Positions 29,899 through 40,728 of a stretch of DNA of 64,000 bases are shown here, piece after piece. The stretch is from Chloroflexota bacterium (lineage in GTDB: Bacteria > Chloroflexota > UBA11872 > VXOZ01). The notes beneath the pieces are model-generated. The model searched no databases and had not been told where the DNA came from. It saw only the letters and a list, made by a program, of their open reading frames with translations. The stretch spans positions 1 through 64,000 of the forward strand of contig CAXXVD010000002.1 of assembly GCA_963662335.2 (NCBI GenBank). The letters run 5' to 3'. Made by a program: the position numbers and the translations under genes. Positions within the stretch are counted from its first letter, which is position 1. Every line of letters begins with the position of its first letter.

Positions 29899-30179
29899 TA
29901 GCTCATCACCTCACCCTCTTCTAGCCTGCCTGTGCATTTGCCTGTCAGTATACTGGGCAGGCGGACAGGGTACAAAGGAGCCCTATGCCCTGGCTGCGGG
30001 GGACAAGTCCCGCAGTGCGCCCGGGCTGCGGGGGACAAGCCCCCGCGCTACATTGAGGACAGGGGCATTCTCGCTGCTCAGCAATGCGCCAACTGCGGCG
30101 ATGGCATGTGCGCAGGTGCACGGCGCGGCCTGCCTCTGTATGGTATAGAGAAGAGCCAACACACAGTAAGGAGCACGGC

Positions 30180-31121
30180 ATGAAACTGGTTACCTACGCC
30201 ACTGACGGCGGCCCGCGGGCGGGTCTGCTGGACGGCGACCGCGTCTACGATTTGCAAGGGGCCGCCGAGGCCTTCACGTCCCAGGCCGGCGCGGTCGGCG
30301 CCAAGCTGCCCAACGGCGTGAAAGAGTTGCTGGAACTGGGCGACGTCGGATTGGCGCAGGCGCGCCGCGTACTGGCGTTTGCCCGCGAGCAGGGCGGCGG
30401 CGCATCGTTTGCCCACGCCGCGGCGGAGGTCAGTTTGCTGCCGCCGATACCGAATCCGGGCAAAGTCATTTGCCTGGCGGGGAACTTTGCCGACCACATT
30501 CGCGAGGGCGGCGGCGAACCGCCGGAAAAGTCGCAGCAGACGCCCCGCTACTTCTGGAAGCCCAACACCGTGCTGGTGGGCCAGGATGAGCCGGTGCGGC
30601 TGTGGGAGATGTCGGCCAAAGTGGATTGGGAACTGGAACTGGCCGCCGTCATCGGCACAACGGGCCGCGACATTGCCGCCGCCGATGCGCCGCAGCACAT
30701 TGCCGGCTACACGATCTTCAACGACATCTCGTCGCGGGACATGAACCTGCCGTGGGCGCGCGAGGAACGCGAGATGGACGACTTCTTCGACTGGCTCAAC
30801 GGCAAGTGGTTCGATACCCACGGGCCTATGGGCCCCTACATCTTGACGGCGGACGAGATTCCCGATCCGCACAACCTGGCCATGTCGCTGAGCGTGAACG
30901 GCACTGAGCGGCAGCGCGGCAACACCGGCCAGATGATCTTCAACTGCTTCGAACTCATCGAGTACCTCACGCGCATCATCACGCTGGAGCCCGGGGACGT
31001 GATTTCCACCGGCACGCCGGCCGGCGTGGGCGAGGCGGCCGGGGTTTCCCTGGCGGACGGCGACGTGATCGAGGCCAGCATTGAGCGGCTGGGAACGCTG
31101 CGCAATCCGGTGCGGGGCTAA
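30180..31121 (+). CDS. Fumarylacetoacetate hydrolase family protein
   Basis: DWELEL, GYTIFNDIS, GKWFDT, PGDVISTGTPAGVG; AAGGAG RBS. Confidence 0.92.
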   Translation: MKLVTYATDGGPRAGLLDGDRVYDLQGAAEAFTSQAGAVGAKLPNGVKELLELGDVGLAQARRVLAFAREQGGGASFAHAAAEVSLLPPIPNPGKVICLAGNFADHIREGGGEPPEKSQQTPRYFWKPNTVLVGQDEPVRLWEMSAKVDWELELAAVIGTTGRDIAAADAPQHIAGYTIFNDISSRDMNLPWAREEREMDDFFDWLNGKWFDTHGPMGPYILTADEIPDPHNLAMSLSVNGTERQRGNTGQMIFNCFELIEYLTRIITLEPGDVISTGTPAGVGEAAGVSLADGDVIEASIERLGTLRNPVRG

Positions 31122-31376
31122 GCGCGCGGCAACCTGCCCCGGCCCACTGCCGCCGCGCTCGCCGTTGCGGTGAAAACCATCTCGCTCTCGCGCCTCCTCA
31201 TGGCTCGGTAGCGCAGGTTTGCAACCTGCGCCCGCCGCGCGGCGAATGCGTGCGCGGCGGCCTTGCCAATGTGGGAATGCATGGGGGAATGAGCGGCTGC
31301 GCGGCCACGCCGGGGCGTTGCGGGTGGTAGAATGGAATCACGACAACCCGGTAGTGGAAAGCGAGCGTGGAACCTC

Positions 31377-32552
31377 ATGGGCGTACGGCGGCGGTGGCGA
31401 ACTCTTCTGGCCGGCGTCCTGCTGGCGCTCTCCCTCAGCGCCTGCGCGCCGAGCCTCCCCTTCTTCTCCGGTGACGACGCCGGTCTCGAAGAACTCGAGG
31501 CGCGGGGACTGGAAGCCCTGCAAAAGGGCGACCTGGAGTCGGCGCTGGACATCTACAACGAGGCCATTGACAAGTATCCCGACGCCTCGCATCCCTACCA
31601 CCAGCGCGCCATCGTCCACGCGCAAACCGGCGACATCGAGAGCGCGCTGCGCGACATGGACCGCTCCATCGAACGCGATCCCGACGATGCCGGCCACATC
31701 TTCTTCCGCGCCGGCATCTACCTGAACATCGGCAACTTGCAGGGCGCGCTGGAAGACCTCACGCGGCTGATCGAACTGGACCCCAGCTTTGTGGAAGCCT
31801 ACTTGGCGCGCGCTTCGATCTACTACGCGCAGAACCGCGTGAACGAGGCTTTGGCCGACGTGGGCCGGGCGATCGACCTGCGCCCCGACGATGCTGAACT
31901 CTACTTCCGCCGCGCCAGCCTGCGCCTGACGCTGAACGATAACGCGGGCGCAATGGACGACCTGGACAAAGCGGTTGAGGTCAACCCGGAATACGCCGAG
32001 GCGTTCTACGTGCGGGGCCTCTTGCAACTGTGGCAGGGCGAGCCGGAGGCGGCGCTGGCCGACCTGAGCAAAACGGTGGAACTGGCGCCGGACCAGCCCC
32101 AGCCCTACGTGGCGCGGGCGGGCATCTTCCAGGAGTTGGAACGCTACGAGGACGCGCTGACCGACCTGCAACAGGCGATCAACATTTCGCCGCAGGCGCC
32201 GGACGGGTACGCCGCCCGCGCCGAGGTCTACCGCGCCATGGGCCAGCTTGCCCGCGCGCTGGACGACGCGAACCGCGCCATCGATCTGGGACAGGGCGAC
32301 CCGCGCTACCTGGTGACCCGCGCGGCCGTGCTGGCCGACCAGGATAACACGACCCAGGCGCTGCGCGACCTGGACCAGGCGCTGGCGGCGGACCCGGCCC
32401 TGGCGCAGGCGCTCCTGAAGCGGGCGGAAATCTATGAGAAGACCGGCGAAACGCAAAAGGCGATAGCGGACTACAACCGCGTGCTGGCGATACCGACTTC
32501 GGAACAGACGCTGGCGCAAGCCCGCGCCGCGCTGGAACGCCTGCAGAACTAG
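31377..32552 (+). CDS. TPR-repeat lipoprotein
   Basis: Lipobox LSAC followed by about ten 34-aa TPR repeats. Confidence 0.9.
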   Translation: MGVRRRWRTLLAGVLLALSLSACAPSLPFFSGDDAGLEELEARGLEALQKGDLESALDIYNEAIDKYPDASHPYHQRAIVHAQTGDIESALRDMDRSIERDPDDAGHIFFRAGIYLNIGNLQGALEDLTRLIELDPSFVEAYLARASIYYAQNRVNEALADVGRAIDLRPDDAELYFRRASLRLTLNDNAGAMDDLDKAVEVNPEYAEAFYVRGLLQLWQGEPEAALADLSKTVELAPDQPQPYVARAGIFQELERYEDALTDLQQAINISPQAPDGYAARAEVYRAMGQLARALDDANRAIDLGQGDPRYLVTRAAVLADQDNTTQALRDLDQALAADPALAQALLKRAEIYEKTGETQKAIADYNRVLAIPTSEQTLAQARAALERLQN

Positions 32553-32579
32553 GCCCGCGACCCCGGCCGCTCCCCTTGT

Positions 32580-33180
32580 CTGTTTGCGCTGAGCGCCACC
32601 TGCCCGTTCGCGCTGAGCGGCCGCGTGTCCGTTCGCGCTGAGCCTGTCGAAGCGCGGCGGTTGCCTCCCTGCCCATCGCGAACCCGCACTCCCATTCCCA
32701 CCGTAGCGCGGGGGCTTGTCCCCCGCCGGAGCCATTGAAACTGACACGTAAAGGATTGACCTAACAGATTTTCAGGTTGCAAACCTGCGACGGGGAATTT
32801 GGACGCGAGTTTTGCCGCCGTTCTGTTTAATGCGACAGCATTAGGGCTTGTCCCCCGCCGCCAGTTGCCGCACGCACTCCCTCTCCCACGTAGCGCGGGG
32901 GCTTGTCCCTTGCCACTTGCTTCACGCCCTGCCGCAAAGATGGATTCCCGCGTGCGCGGGAATGACGGAAACCGTTACGTTATCTTCAGAGGGCACGACG
33001 AGCGTAGGGGCACGACATGTCGTGCCCCTACGCCGTTTCCCGCCTCTCAACCGCGCCTCTTTGTCCGTTCGCGTTATGCGCCCCTTTGTCCGTTCGCGCT
33101 GAGCCTGTCGAAGCGCGTGGCCAAGCGGTAGCCCGCCCGCGTCCGCCGTTCACCTTTCGACAAGCTCAAGGCGAACGGCG
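32580..33180. repeat. Large mixed REP cluster (includes an inverted copy of the 26602-26765 composite at 32703-32857)
   Basis: Five or more palindrome families, including GTAGGGGCACGACATGTCGTGCCCCTAC at 33004-33031. Confidence 0.85.
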
Positions 33181-33243
33181 GGTTAGCCTCAGACCTGGGC
33201 GAATGGCGGGTTGGTGTCAGGCACTGGGCAAACGGCGAGCGAC

Positions 33244-34764
33244 TCAGGACGAACGGCGGCCGGGCGTGGGACTCGCAATGGGCCGGTCGTTCCGCAATGC
33301 CGGGTCTTCCTCCCGCAGCGCCGGGGATTCCAGCGCGGAGAGCAGCCCGAAGAGTATCCCCAGCAGGATGCCCAGGCTGTGCACGAAGAGGCTATCCACC
33401 AGGCTGTGGGCGGAGAAGGCGGCCAAGCTGCCGATCAATCCCAGCGCCAGCGTCCGGCCCCAGGCGTCCGGGGCGCGCCGCCACGCGCCGATGGCTACGC
33501 GCCACGCCAGCGCCAGGAAGAGCAGAAAGCCCAGGAAGGTCAGCAGTCCGCCCTCCGCCGCCAGGTTGAGGTAGTAGTTGTGGGCGTGGCCCACGCCGGT
33601 GGGCCAGCCGGGCAGCGCGTAGTCCGCGTACGCCTTGGGATAGTTGCCGATGCCCACGCCGAGCACGGGATTATTGGCGTACATCTGCCAGCCGGCGTAC
33701 CACTGGGAGACGCGCTCGAGAATCGCCCAGTTATCCGGGTTCGCGCCGGCGCGCAATTCCCGCACGATGCGCGTGCCGTACACGAAGAGGTCGGTGACCC
33801 GCGACAGGACGGCCTCCGGGATGATGCCGAGCACCAGGATGACCAGCCCTGCCGTCACGCCGCCGTAGGCCAACCCGAAGGCGCGCAGCCGGTTGCGCCG
33901 GCTTTCCAGCAGCCAGACCGCGCCGAGCGCCGCCAGTGTGCCCAGCCACGCCCCGCGCGAAAGGCTGGCGGCAATGCCCGCGGCCAACGCCAGGCTGAGG
34001 CCCCAGCCCAGCAGGCGCGCGCGGTGATGCGGCGCCGCCAGGGCCAGCGCCAATGCGATGGGCAGGCTGAGCGCCAGGTAGCCGCCGTAGGGATTCGGTT
34101 GGCCAAAGGTGCCGTGCGCCCGCATCAGCGCGCCGCCGGCCAGGAAGTGCGGCGGGCCGATGCGCAGGGCGGCCTGGAGCAGGCCGATGCCGACTTCCGC
34201 CAGCGCCGCCAGCAGCAGCGCGCCCACCAGCGCCGCCAGCGCCCGGCGGCTGCGCACGGTGGTGGCCGTGACCAGGTATATCACCAAGAGTTCGGCCCAC
34301 TTGCTGAGTTCCTTGATGCTCAGCAGCAGGCTCTCGGCGCGGAGCGCGGAGAGCGCCATTGGGATCAAGACGATGACGATGGGTATCGCCAGCGGCGGCA
34401 GCGCGGCGGCGCGCCAGCGGCCGGCAACCATGCCCGCCAGCCAGGAAAGGCCGATGAGCGCCACCAGCGGCTCGTTGACCGTAATGTCCACGTTGTCCGG
34501 CAAGCTGATGGTGCGCAGGCTGCCAAAGGGGACGGTGATGAGCAGCATAGCGACGCCCACCAACGGATGGGCGAAGATCGCCGCCGCCCCGGCGACCGCG
34601 CCGATGACGAGGAGCGCCCACATGGGCGGCAAGAACCACGCGACGGCGAGGACGGCCATGACGCCCAGCACGCCGAGCAGCCGCCAGCGCTGCGCCGCGG
34701 CGCGTTGGCGGGCGTGGAATTGGCTGGAGATTTCTGCCGCGCTTTGCTCTATCATGGCTTTCAC
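33244..34764 (-). CDS. O-antigen ligase/polymerase family membrane protein
   Basis: Multi-TM; RAHGTFGQPN, SLSRGAW, GVGIGNY, HAHNYYL..AEGG. Confidence 0.88.
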   Translation of the reverse strand: MKAMIEQSAAEISSQFHARQRAAAQRWRLLGVLGVMAVLAVAWFLPPMWALLVIGAVAGAAAIFAHPLVGVAMLLITVPFGSLRTISLPDNVDITVNEPLVALIGLSWLAGMVAGRWRAAALPPLAIPIVIVLIPMALSALRAESLLLSIKELSKWAELLVIYLVTATTVRSRRALAALVGALLLAALAEVGIGLLQAALRIGPPHFLAGGALMRAHGTFGQPNPYGGYLALSLPIALALALAAPHHRARLLGWGLSLALAAGIAASLSRGAWLGTLAALGAVWLLESRRNRLRAFGLAYGGVTAGLVILVLGIIPEAVLSRVTDLFVYGTRIVRELRAGANPDNWAILERVSQWYAGWQMYANNPVLGVGIGNYPKAYADYALPGWPTGVGHAHNYYLNLAAEGGLLTFLGFLLFLALAWRVAIGAWRRAPDAWGRTLALGLIGSLAAFSAHSLVDSLFVHSLGILLGILFGLLSALESPALREEDPALRNDRPIASPTPGRRSS

Positions 34765-34856
34765 TATAGCAGCCGCCGCCGCGCGCTACGAGAGTAATCA
34801 CCCTGGCCGCCTACCGGCCACACAATGGATTGAAAGTGACGGCGCGTTCTCTTTCC

Positions 34857-34926
34857 GTCATTCCCGCGCACGCGGGAATCCACTGGCTGCGCGGAGAAGA
34901 TGGATTCCCGCTTTCGCGGGAATGAC
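34857..34926. repeat. Inverted pair GTCATTCCCGCGCACGCGGGAATCC...GGATTCCCGCTTTCGCGGGAATGAC
   Basis: Same family at about 26830, 32940, 42923, 58285-58404 and 59752. Confidence 0.85.
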
Positions 34927-34958
34927 GGAGGCTGCCGCGCGCTCCGAGGGAACGGATT

Positions 34959-35750
34959 GTGGGTAGAGACAAGGAACCGCTGCGCTGGTGGGAAGTCGCC
35001 CAGGCCGTGCGCGGTCAACGGATCGGCCGGCGCGTGGTGTACCGGGCGGCGGTCGACTCCACGATGGACGTGTGCCACGCGCTGGCGCGGGCCGGCGCTG
35101 AGACCGGCACAGTCGTGGTGGCGGACGCCCAGACCGCCGGCCGCGGCCGGCAAGGCCGTTCGTGGCACGCGCCGCCGTGCACCTGCCTGCTCTTCTCCGT
35201 TCTGTTGCGGCCGGCGTTGCCTTCGGCGCAGTGGCCGCACGCGCTGTGGCCGTTGGCAGTGGCCCTGGCGGAGGCGGTAGAGCACACGGCGGGCGCGCGG
35301 CCGGCCGTCAAGTGGCCCAACGACCTCATGCTGCGCGGGCGCAAACTGGGCGGCCTGCTGGCCGAAACGACGCGCGGCGGCGTGGTGGTTGGCGCGGGCC
35401 TGAACGTGAACTTCGCCGCGGCAGACCTCACGGTAGACCAGCCGCTCACCACCCTGGCGGACGCGGTGGGACAGCCGGTCTCCCGCGAAGCGTTGCTCAT
35501 TGCGAGCCTCCGCTTGTTCGAGCAGTGGTATCACCGCTGGCTCGCGGCGCCGGACGAGGTATGGGAGGCGTGGCGCGCCAACGCGTACCTCATTGGACAG
35601 CAGGTGGAAGTCACCGTCGGCAGCCGCCGCTACGCGGGCACGGTGGAAGACCAAGACCGCGAGGGCTATCTCTGCGTGCGCACGGCCGACGGAGCGGCGC
35701 AACGCTTCGCAGCCGGCGACGCGCAGGTGCGCCTTACCGTCAGGAAATGA
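34959..35750 (+). CDS. birA: Biotin--[acetyl-CoA-carboxylase] ligase (no N-terminal HTH)
   Basis: DSTM, QTAGRGRQGRSW, KWPND, KLGGLL, GLNVN. Confidence 0.92.
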   Translation: MGRDKEPLRWWEVAQAVRGQRIGRRVVYRAAVDSTMDVCHALARAGAETGTVVVADAQTAGRGRQGRSWHAPPCTCLLFSVLLRPALPSAQWPHALWPLAVALAEAVEHTAGARPAVKWPNDLMLRGRKLGGLLAETTRGGVVVGAGLNVNFAAADLTVDQPLTTLADAVGQPVSREALLIASLRLFEQWYHRWLAAPDEVWEAWRANAYLIGQQVEVTVGSRRYAGTVEDQDREGYLCVRTADGAAQRFAAGDAQVRLTVRK

Positions 35751-35908
35751 CCGAGCAACTGCGCGACAAACTATCCGTTTGTCGCTGTGCCGATTCCCTC
35801 TCCTTGCGGAGACCTTTGCATAACCCCTAGTCTATGGATAAAAAACTAGGAGATCCTCGCATACGCCGTCATTCCGGCGAAAGCCGGAATCCAGAGGCGC
35901 CGTCAGGG

Positions 35909-36634
35909 CTATGCCTCGGCATCCGGCGGCTTGAGTTCGATCACCACCCGGCGGTCGTCGCCTGCGCCAACCGAGTGGGTTGCCACGCCATCGTCTTCGG
36001 CCAGCGTCAGGTGGATGATGCGCCGTTCGTGGGGCGGCATCGCCTCCAGGGTAATCGCCTTGCCGTTCTCCCGCACCAGGTCGGCCAGGCGGCGGGCCAT
36101 GCCGGTCAGCAGTTCTTCCCGGCGTTGGCGGTAGCCGCCGACGTCCACCACCACCAGGCCGTGCTCGCCGAGTTGCTTTGTCAACATCAGGTTGTAGAGG
36201 AACTGTATCGACCGCAGCGTGCTCCCCCGCTTGCCGACGAAGGCGTCGGCGCCCTCGCCGGAGACGTTGAGCCGCAGCGGGTCGGCGCCGGTGACTTCCA
36301 CCGTGACCGCGCTGCCGAGATGGTGGAAGAACTCCCGGAGGAGTTCCGTGGCATCATTGAGCTGCTCCGGCGTCAGCGGCAATTGCTCGTCCTCCGCCGC
36401 GGTTTCTGGGGCGGCGTAGTCCTGCGCCGCTGCCGGCGCGGTTTCCGGCGGCGCGCCCTCCGGTTTCAGTTCCACCAAGACGCGGGTCTCCTCTCCGCCA
36501 ATGCCGAAGAGGCCGCCGGTGCCGGCGCTCAGGACGCGCACGGTAACGGCGTCACGCGAGGCGCCAAGTTGCTCCAGGGCGCTCTCTATCGCTTCCTCGA
36601 CCGTTTTGCCAGTTGCTTCAACGCTTTCCGCCAC
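35909..36634 (-). CDS. jag: Jag/EloR (KhpB) RNA-binding protein
   Basis: ATGKTVEEAI Jag_N, VGKRGSTL KH, ERRIIH R3H; downstream of yidC. Confidence 0.92.
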   Translation of the reverse strand: MAESVEATGKTVEEAIESALEQLGASRDAVTVRVLSAGTGGLFGIGGEETRVLVELKPEGAPPETAPAAAQDYAAPETAAEDEQLPLTPEQLNDATELLREFFHHLGSAVTVEVTGADPLRLNVSGEGADAFVGKRGSTLRSIQFLYNLMLTKQLGEHGLVVVDVGGYRQRREELLTGMARRLADLVRENGKAITLEAMPPHERRIIHLTLAEDDGVATHSVGAGDDRRVVIELKPPDAEA

Positions 36635-37688
36635 CTTTTTTCTTCTCCCTCCGTCGCGACTTCGTCTTGCCAGTGCCCGGCGCCGGTTGCGGCGCGCCGT
36701 CTCCCTGCTCCGCGGGCCCATCCAGGCCGAGTTCTTGCAGCGTCGTCTCGGTAAGCTCCGGAATCGCCGCGCGCCGGCCGCCGCCCAACGACAGCCCGCC
36801 GAAGAGTCCGCCGGCCCGGGCCGGTTCCTGCGCCGGCTGCGGCAGCGGCGCCGGGGCGCGCTCGGTCTTCTCGTTCTCAGCCTTTGGCGCGGCCGGCGCC
36901 GGTTTGGACGCCTGGGCCTGCTCACTGCCGTTGGCCGCGGGCGTCGCGGCGGCCGGCGCCGTGGCCGGCGTCAGGCTCTTGTCCCGCATGATAAACCACT
37001 GCTGGCCGATGCTGAAGATATTCGACACTACCCAGTATAAGGCAAGTCCCGCCGGAAATTGCATGGCAAAGAAGACGATCATGATGGGCATGAACTGCAT
37101 CACGTTCTGGATCATCTGCTGTTGCGGGTCGGTCGTCATGCGATTCATCATCATGCGCTGCACCACCCACTGGGTCGCGCCCGCGGTGAGCGCCAACACG
37201 CCCGGCAGCTTGAACGGCAGATCCACGCCCGGCGGCAGCCACACGTCGGGCTGGGCCAGGTCTGCCAGCCACAGGAACGCCATTTCCAGGCCGGCTTTGG
37301 TGTCCGGGTCGTTCGTGACACCGATGATGGCCCAATAGAGCGCGAAGAGCACCGGCAATTGCGCCAACTGGGGCAGGCAGCCCATCAGCGGATTCACGCC
37401 GTGCTGCTTATAGAGTTCCATCTGCGCCTGCGCCATGGCCTGGCGGTCGCCCTTGTGCTGCCGCTGCAACTCCTTGAGGCGCGGCGAGAGCAACTGCATG
37501 CGGCGCGACGAGCGCAGGCTGGTGACGCTGAGCGGGAAGAGGATGAGCCGGACGATGACGGTGAAGATGATGATGGCAATGCCGAAACTGGGCACGCCAA
37601 GGTCTACGGTCAGGTCGTAGAGGCGGAGCAAGCCGCTCTGCAAGCCGCCAACGAGTATGTCGTTCCAGAGTGTGCTGAAGAAGTCCAC
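36618..37688 (-). CDS. yidC: Membrane protein insertase YidC
   Basis: FGIAIIIFTVIVRL, ELYKQHGVNPLMGCLP, FLWLADL, PAGLALYW. Confidence 0.95.
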   Translation of the reverse strand: MDFFSTLWNDILVGGLQSGLLRLYDLTVDLGVPSFGIAIIIFTVIVRLILFPLSVTSLRSSRRMQLLSPRLKELQRQHKGDRQAMAQAQMELYKQHGVNPLMGCLPQLAQLPVLFALYWAIIGVTNDPDTKAGLEMAFLWLADLAQPDVWLPPGVDLPFKLPGVLALTAGATQWVVQRMMMNRMTTDPQQQMIQNVMQFMPIMIVFFAMQFPAGLALYWVVSNIFSIGQQWFIMRDKSLTPATAPAAATPAANGSEQAQASKPAPAAPKAENEKTERAPAPLPQPAQEPARAGGLFGGLSLGGGRRAAIPELTETTLQELGLDGPAEQGDGAPQPAPGTGKTKSRRREKKKGGGKR

Positions 37689-38019
37689 CGGAGCCGCTTT
37701 CTTTCCCCTGAGCCTACTTCCCCTAGGGACTGTTCCCTTTAGAGCTTGCTTATCTTACGGAACATGTCGCAGTACTCTTGCCGGGCGTATCCCACCGTTC
37801 GCGGTAAGCCTGTCGCAGCGCGCAGAGCTTGACCCATCCTTAGCTCTCAGCAGGCATTTCCAAAGTCTTTGCAGACCGTTCGCGCTGAGCCTGTCGAAGC
37901 GCTCCGCGCTTCTCACGCACGCGATACCGGCCCCACCGCCCTTCCCGCCAACCCCTCACCCCGGCAATCTCCCCAGGGAGAGGGAGCCAGTTTGCCTGCC
38001 TGTCGGCTCAGACGTCTGC

Positions 38020-38238
38020 CTAGGGCACCGGATCGGCGCCGCCGGGGTGGAACGGGTGGCAGCGCGCGATGCGTTTGACACCCAGCCAGCCGCCCCGCAG
38101 CAGTCCATAGTGCCCGATCGCGTCGTAACAGTACTCGGAGCACGTGGGCGCAAAGCGGCAACTCGGCGGCAGCAGGGGCGAGATTGCCAGCCGGTACACC
38201 TGGATGAGCCGCAAGGCAACGGCGCTACTCAGCGGCAC
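38020..38238 (-). CDS. yidD: Membrane protein insertion efficiency factor
   Basis: [35 protein letters not shown]. Confidence 0.95.
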   Translation of the reverse strand: MPLSSAVALRLIQVYRLAISPLLPPSCRFAPTCSEYCYDAIGHYGLLRGGWLGVKRIARCHPFHPGGADPVP

Positions 38239-38647
38239 GGGTCGTCTTCTCCCTGTCTCTCTCTGCGCGCGGCTGCGCCGATGCGCCGCTTGCCTGCCGC
38301 GGCCGGTAGTGCGGCGGCAGCAGGCGCGCCCGCCGCAGGGCGGTGCACACGTGCCGGTCCAGCTCTCGAAACGAGGCCGCCGCCGCGGCCGGCCGGGCAA
38401 TGAAGACCAGGTCCAGCCCCGGCCGCACATGCGGATAGTGCGCGCGCACGGATTCGCGCAAGCGCCGCCGGACGCGGTTGCGGGTTACGGCATTGCCCAG
38501 ACGCTTAGACGTAATGAATCCGCACCGGCTGCGCGGGCGGTGATTTGGTGTGACGATGAGCCGGACGGTGTACGCCGACCACGCTCTGCCCCGCGCCAAG
38601 ACCGCGGCAAAGTCACCCTGTTTCTTCAGCTTCTCCGTGTGGCCCAA
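38225..38647 (-). CDS. rnpA: Ribonuclease P protein component
   Basis: [26 protein letters not shown]; start approximate. Confidence 0.92.
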   Translation of the reverse strand: MGHTEKLKKQGDFAAVLARGRAWSAYTVRLIVTPNHRPRSRCGFITSKRLGNAVTRNRVRRRLRESVRAHYPHVRPGLDLVFIARPAAAAASFRELDRHVCTALRRARLLPPHYRPRQASGASAQPRAERDREKTTRAAE

Positions 38648-38761
38648 TCCTCGTGCAGTGTGCGCGCAACCGGCGCCGGGCGTGCGACGGCGCGCGCGCT
38701 CCCCGCCCGCGGCCGGGACGCGCCGCCGGGCGCGCGCCAAACCGCAATGGCGCACGCGCGC

Positions 38762-38899
38762 TCACACCGCGAGCCGCGTGCGCTGCTTATGGCGGCGATG
38801 CTTGAGTATGCGCCTTCCCGCGCGCGTGGACATGCGGGCGCGAAAGCCGTGCCGGCGCAACCGGCGCCGCACTTTCGGTTGATAGGTTCGCTTGGGCAT
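38762..38899 (-). CDS. rpmH: 50S ribosomal protein L34
   Basis: Manual translation [45 protein letters not shown]; too short for the ORF track. Confidence 0.96.
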   Translation of the reverse strand: MPKRTYQPKVRRRLRRHGFRARMSTRAGRRILKHRRHKQRTRLAV

Positions 38900-39008
38900 T
38901 CAGCCGTACCCTTCTTTACCTCTTTATGGTCTTACTATAGCACTCCGCCGCACCGACGGCAAAGCTCCGGCCGCCGCGGCCCACCGCCTGAGCGGGCAAC
39001 GCGCACCG

Positions 39009-39344
39009 CTACTCGCTCGTGCGGATGACCAGATAGACGATCGGCGCTTCGCCGCTGTTGCGCAGGCCGTGGCGCGTGCCCGCGGGCGCAAAGAGCGCCG
39101 CCATCGCTTCCATTGGCTGCTCGTCGGCGCCGAGCGTCGCCGTGCCGCTGCCGCTAATGAGAAACATGATTTCCTCGCCGCCGTGCGCGTGCGGCGGGTG
39201 CGCCGCCTCGCCCGGATTGATCGAGGAGAGGTGAAGTTGCAACTCCTCCGCGCCGCTCGCCTCACCCACGAACGGCAGGGAGTAGCCGCGCTCGTGCACG
39301 CGCTTGCGCGCCTCGTCCCATGAAATGACTACCGGCTCTTTCAT
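39009..39344 (-). CDS. Cupin domain protein
   Basis: PHAHGGEE..GSG..PAGTRHG. Confidence 0.88.
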   Translation of the reverse strand: MKEPVVISWDEARKRVHERGYSLPFVGEASGAEELQLHLSSINPGEAAHPPHAHGGEEIMFLISGSGTATLGADEQPMEAMAALFAPAGTRHGLRNSGEAPIVYLVIRTSE

Positions 39345-39389
39345 CGCGGTTTCCTTTCCGAATTGTGTGCTCGACGCAAGACGCGGCGG

Positions 39390-40580
39390 TTAGTTGCGAT
39401 GGAAAAACGTATCCACCAACTTCTCAATGTCCGTCGGCGCGCAGCCGTACTTCTCATGGAAGCGCTCGTGGTGTTGTTCTTCGTACGCCGTGACGCCTTG
39501 CAAGGGCAAGGGAATCGTCGTGCGGTCGCGGCCGCCGGATTCCAGCATGGCGATGTCCATTTCCTGGTCCAGGCGCGCCGCGGCCGCGCCGTAGGCGGGC
39601 TCTCCGCCCTCGCGCACCGCGTTGGCGATGCTCAGCAGTTCGTCGGCCACCTGCACCTGGTTCTCAGTCAACGGATAGCGGCGCAGCGGGTTTTCCCACA
39701 CAACGCGCCGTTCGGGCAGCGCCACCTCCAGGCGATCCAGGATTTCAACGCCGTCTCGTTCGCTGGTGATGCGTTGCGGCGTTGCGGGCACGCTTTGCGC
39801 GCCGGTGAGCAGGTCCGCTTCCGGCACAGTGTGCACCTCGTCGCCCACAAGCGACCCGTGGGTGCCGTCGATCTGCGAGAAGTGAAACGCGCCGCGTCCC
39901 AACGAGCGGGCGTGGATGACGGTGGAGTAGGCCGAGAGCGCCATCACCCCGTTGGCAAACTCGATGACGCCGATCGAGAGCCGCTCGTCCTCGTGGCGGC
40001 GCAGCTTCCGGTCCACAATCGGCACCACCGGGCTGGTGTGGGAGACGCCCATGATGCCCGTGGGGTCGGCGCCGGCCCAGAGGCGCAGGATGCTCATGCC
40101 GTGGTAGCCGCCTTCCTCGAAGATGCGGTAGATGCGGCTGACCGCGCCGATGGCGCCGGAGTCGATGACCGCCTGCCGCAGGCGCATGAGCGGCTGGCGG
40201 TGGTAGTTCTCCGCCACCTCCAGCTTCACGCCGTTTTGCCGGGCGGTCTTGATCATGAGGTCGGCCAGCGGCAGCGTGACGGCAATTGGCGTCTCCACGA
40301 TTTGGTGCACGCCGTGGCCGGAGAAGAAGCAGCTTAGCGCGTGGTGCGCCTCGCCGGGCACGACCACGTCGGCAATATCCAAGGTTTCGTGGCGCGCCAG
40401 GTCGCGGGCGGACGTGTACGCCCGGCAGCCGTACTGGGCCGCCACCGCCTGCGCCCGTTCCGCCGTGGCGTCGCACACCGCCACGAAGTCGAACACGTCG
40501 TTCAACGCGGCTATAACCGGCGCGTGCGCGCCCGCGCCCCGCCTACCCGCGCCGACCAGGGCAATCTTCAGACGTTCCAT
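39390..40580 (-). CDS. Gfo/Idh/MocA family oxidoreductase
   Basis: IALVGAG, VAVCD, VETPI, VAENY, GYHG. Confidence 0.88.
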   Translation of the reverse strand: MERLKIALVGAGRRGAGAHAPVIAALNDVFDFVAVCDATAERAQAVAAQYGCRAYTSARDLARHETLDIADVVVPGEAHHALSCFFSGHGVHQIVETPIAVTLPLADLMIKTARQNGVKLEVAENYHRQPLMRLRQAVIDSGAIGAVSRIYRIFEEGGYHGMSILRLWAGADPTGIMGVSHTSPVVPIVDRKLRRHEDERLSIGVIEFANGVMALSAYSTVIHARSLGRGAFHFSQIDGTHGSLVGDEVHTVPEADLLTGAQSVPATPQRITSERDGVEILDRLEVALPERRVVWENPLRRYPLTENQVQVADELLSIANAVREGGEPAYGAAAARLDQEMDIAMLESGGRDRTTIPLPLQGVTAYEEQHHERFHEKYGCAPTDIEKLVDTFFHRN

Positions 40581-40728
40581 GTTCTTCACGCCTCCTCTGC
40601 GTAGCAACTGCGCTCGCTTTCGCTGCGCGTCAAAGAAGCCTCTCCGCGCCCGGCGGCGCGCGCTCTCCCCGCGCTACCGCTATTCTATGGTACGCTGGCG
40701 TCGGCTGAAAAGGAACAAGGAGCGGGCT

